NCBI GenBank assembly: GCA_965603825.1
Contig: CBFDEM010000010.1
Location: forward strand, 434,001 to 498,000
DNA: 64,000 nucleotides
Source of the DNA: Blepharisma stoltei ATCC 30299
Taxonomy: Eukaryota > Protista > Ciliophora
Reading direction: 5' to 3'
A program made the translations under genes and the position numbers. The notes under the pieces were generated by a model, which worked only from the letters and a program-made list of their open reading frames with translations, ran no database searches and was not told the DNA's origin. Below are positions 61,952-64,000 of the stretch, piece after piece (positions within the stretch are counted from its first letter, which is position 1; each line of letters opens with the position of its first letter).

Positions 61952-63112
61952 ATGGAAGGCTATATCAGAGTTGGAGGAAAATATATTCTACGCAAAAAAA
62001 TTGGTGGTGGCTCCTTTGGGGAAATTTTTATGGGTAGTCACATAGAAACTCAGGAAGAAGTTGCGGTAAAAATTGAAAATGCGAACTGTTCAGTTCCACA
62101 AGTTATTAATGAAGCAAAGCTTATGAGATCAATCGCAGGCGTAGGAATACCAAAAGTTTATTGATATGGTACTGAAGGGTCTTATAATATAATGATCCAA
62201 GAGCTTTTAGGCAAATCTTTGGAGGACAATTTTGCTGAAATAGACCGAAGAATGTCATTGAAATCAGCAACAAATCTTTGCTTACAAATGATTCAAAGAA
62301 TTGAAACTGTACATAATCATGACTATATTCATAGAGATATAAAACCTGATAATTTTTTATTTGGCTTAGGTAAGAAACAATCACTTGTATATATAATAGA
62401 TTTTGGACTATCAAAAAAATACAGAGACAACAAAACAAAACAGCATATCCAATACAGAGACAACAGAACTCTAACAGGAACAGCTAGATATGCCTCCATA
62501 AATTCTCATATGGGAATAGAACAAAGCCGAAGGGACGATTTAGAAGGAATTATATACGTTTACCTTTATTTTTTAAAAGGCTCATTGCCTTGGCAAGGAC
62601 TTAAAGGTGCAAATAAGCAAGACAAATATTTAAAAATAATGAACATGAAGGCCAACACATCTTTAGACCATCTGTTCAGAGGCTGCCCTTCAGAGCTGAT
62701 TCCTCTTATGAGCTACATTAAAGGCTTAAGATTTGAGGAGACTCCTAATTATGACAGAATCAAAGAAATGATCCAATCTATCGGTGAAAGGAACGATTTT
62801 GCATTTGATAATGTTTTTGAATGGAGAAAAAAGAAAAGCGAGTCAAGCTCTCCAAGAAGAAGTTCAGACAGTGCAATTCAGGTAAAAAAAGGCAAAAAAA
62901 TAAAAAAAAGACAGTCAAAAGAAGAAATCAAGACAAATATAATAGAGCAGAGGAAGTCGCTGCAATATAATGAAGATATAGCTTCAACAACTGTAGAACA
63001 TAGATGGCCTGAATTTGCGGATAGAAGACAGGTAATGGAAGGAAGAAATAAAATAAAAGATGAGCCTACATGTGATGCCTGTAATGAGAAAAAAGAATGT
63101 TTGATTTTTTAA
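61952..63112 (+). CDS. CK1: Casein kinase 1
   Basis: GGGSFG, PKVY(TGA=W)YG at 62162, [38 protein letters not shown]. Confidence 0.94.
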
Positions 63113-63127
63113 TAAAATATTTACTGT

Positions 63128-64000
63128 TTACTTTGGATGTGGATGATTTTTTTTAAGAACTCGCTTAAATTTGGTAATGCCTTTAAATACAGTTGCGGCG
63201 ACATTTATATCCCTTCTAGCTTTCCACATTCTTTGGATTCTTCTAATAGCAACTCTGGTAGACAGCTTGTGGATTGAGAATAAATTCAATGTTTCGATAA
63301 AACCTTCACAAGCTCTAGGCAATGCAAATATTTCTAAATTTTTTATATTTTCTGGGATATTAAAAGAAAACGCTTTTCTATTGCATTCTTCAAAAGCCAA
63401 CTGAGCTTGTGTACAAAGCACCCAGAAATGCTTGAAAACATCTATTAGAGTCAACCCTCTATAGTTTTCTAGTGGCTCTTGGACTTTGTTTTTAATGAGT
63501 TCCTCAAATTTTATTAAACTTTCTAATACATCAGTCAACCCCATTCCTCTTACAGCGTCTTTGATTAAAGCAACAGGCTGTTTTAAATGGGAAAATGCGT
63601 CATACGCTTCTTTCATTTTGGCTACATATTCTGAGCTTTCTTCATTTATTTCATTATAATTATTGAGGGGCAGAGGAACTGCATCTGCTTTTAGCCTTAA
63701 ACATCTATAGAAAAATCCGTTTTCGTTGGCCAAAATAAAAAATCGATCGTGGGTGATTACGCCGTTTCCCATTATTCAGGCATCTCTGTACATTTTTATA
63801 ATTAAAGAGTCAGGAGCTTCTGGGTCTAAATTATTGCATATTGATTTGAAGGATTTTAAGGATAAAGTCCCGTTTTGGTTTTTTGGGGCTAAGTTAAAAA
63901 GTCCTCTGACAGCTAAATATCTGCATTTTTTTTCTCTGATAAAGTATTCGAGTATTACTCTTAAAGCTAGCCCTGCATCTAAAGTCATTAGACCGTTTTT
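63128..64000 (-). CDS. Hypothetical protein with EF-hand-like and IQ-like segments (5' truncated by window)
   Basis: Open frame from the window end through TGA 63776; NQNGTLSLKSF and IQRMWKARR. Confidence 0.65.

Overview
Gene-dense, AT-rich eukaryotic DNA that looks like the macronuclear genome of a heterotrich ciliate, most likely Blepharisma. The assignment is inferred from two features. (1) In-frame TGA encodes Trp, and every complete gene I reconstructed ends in TAA or TAG. The tandem FA2H paralogs give an internal test, with TGG in one copy and TGA in the other at the same codon. (2) Introns are 15-16 nt, GT...AG, with an invariant TA at -7/-6. Applying both rules joins the fragmented ORF track into about 41 protein-coding genes. 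These include E2F, AGC/CDPK/CK1 kinases, ELP4, mRNA guanylyltransferase, two cyclic-nucleotide PDEs, FAAH, DNAL1, UNC119, a P3A H+-ATPase, calcineurin A, a BET bromodomain protein, H2B, two FA2H genes, CFAP100, a KDM4-like demethylase and an intronless Piezo with 15 in-frame TGA codons. I found no tRNA, rRNA, transposon or telomere array. The most unusual observations are: ELP4 and the capping enzyme head-to-head with 6 bp between their start codons; a 60-aa membrane microprotein hidden by a TGA; an AT-hook/YbjN-like/pseudokinase chimera; a stand-alone voltage-sensor-like protein; and non-random placement of TGA versus TGG.
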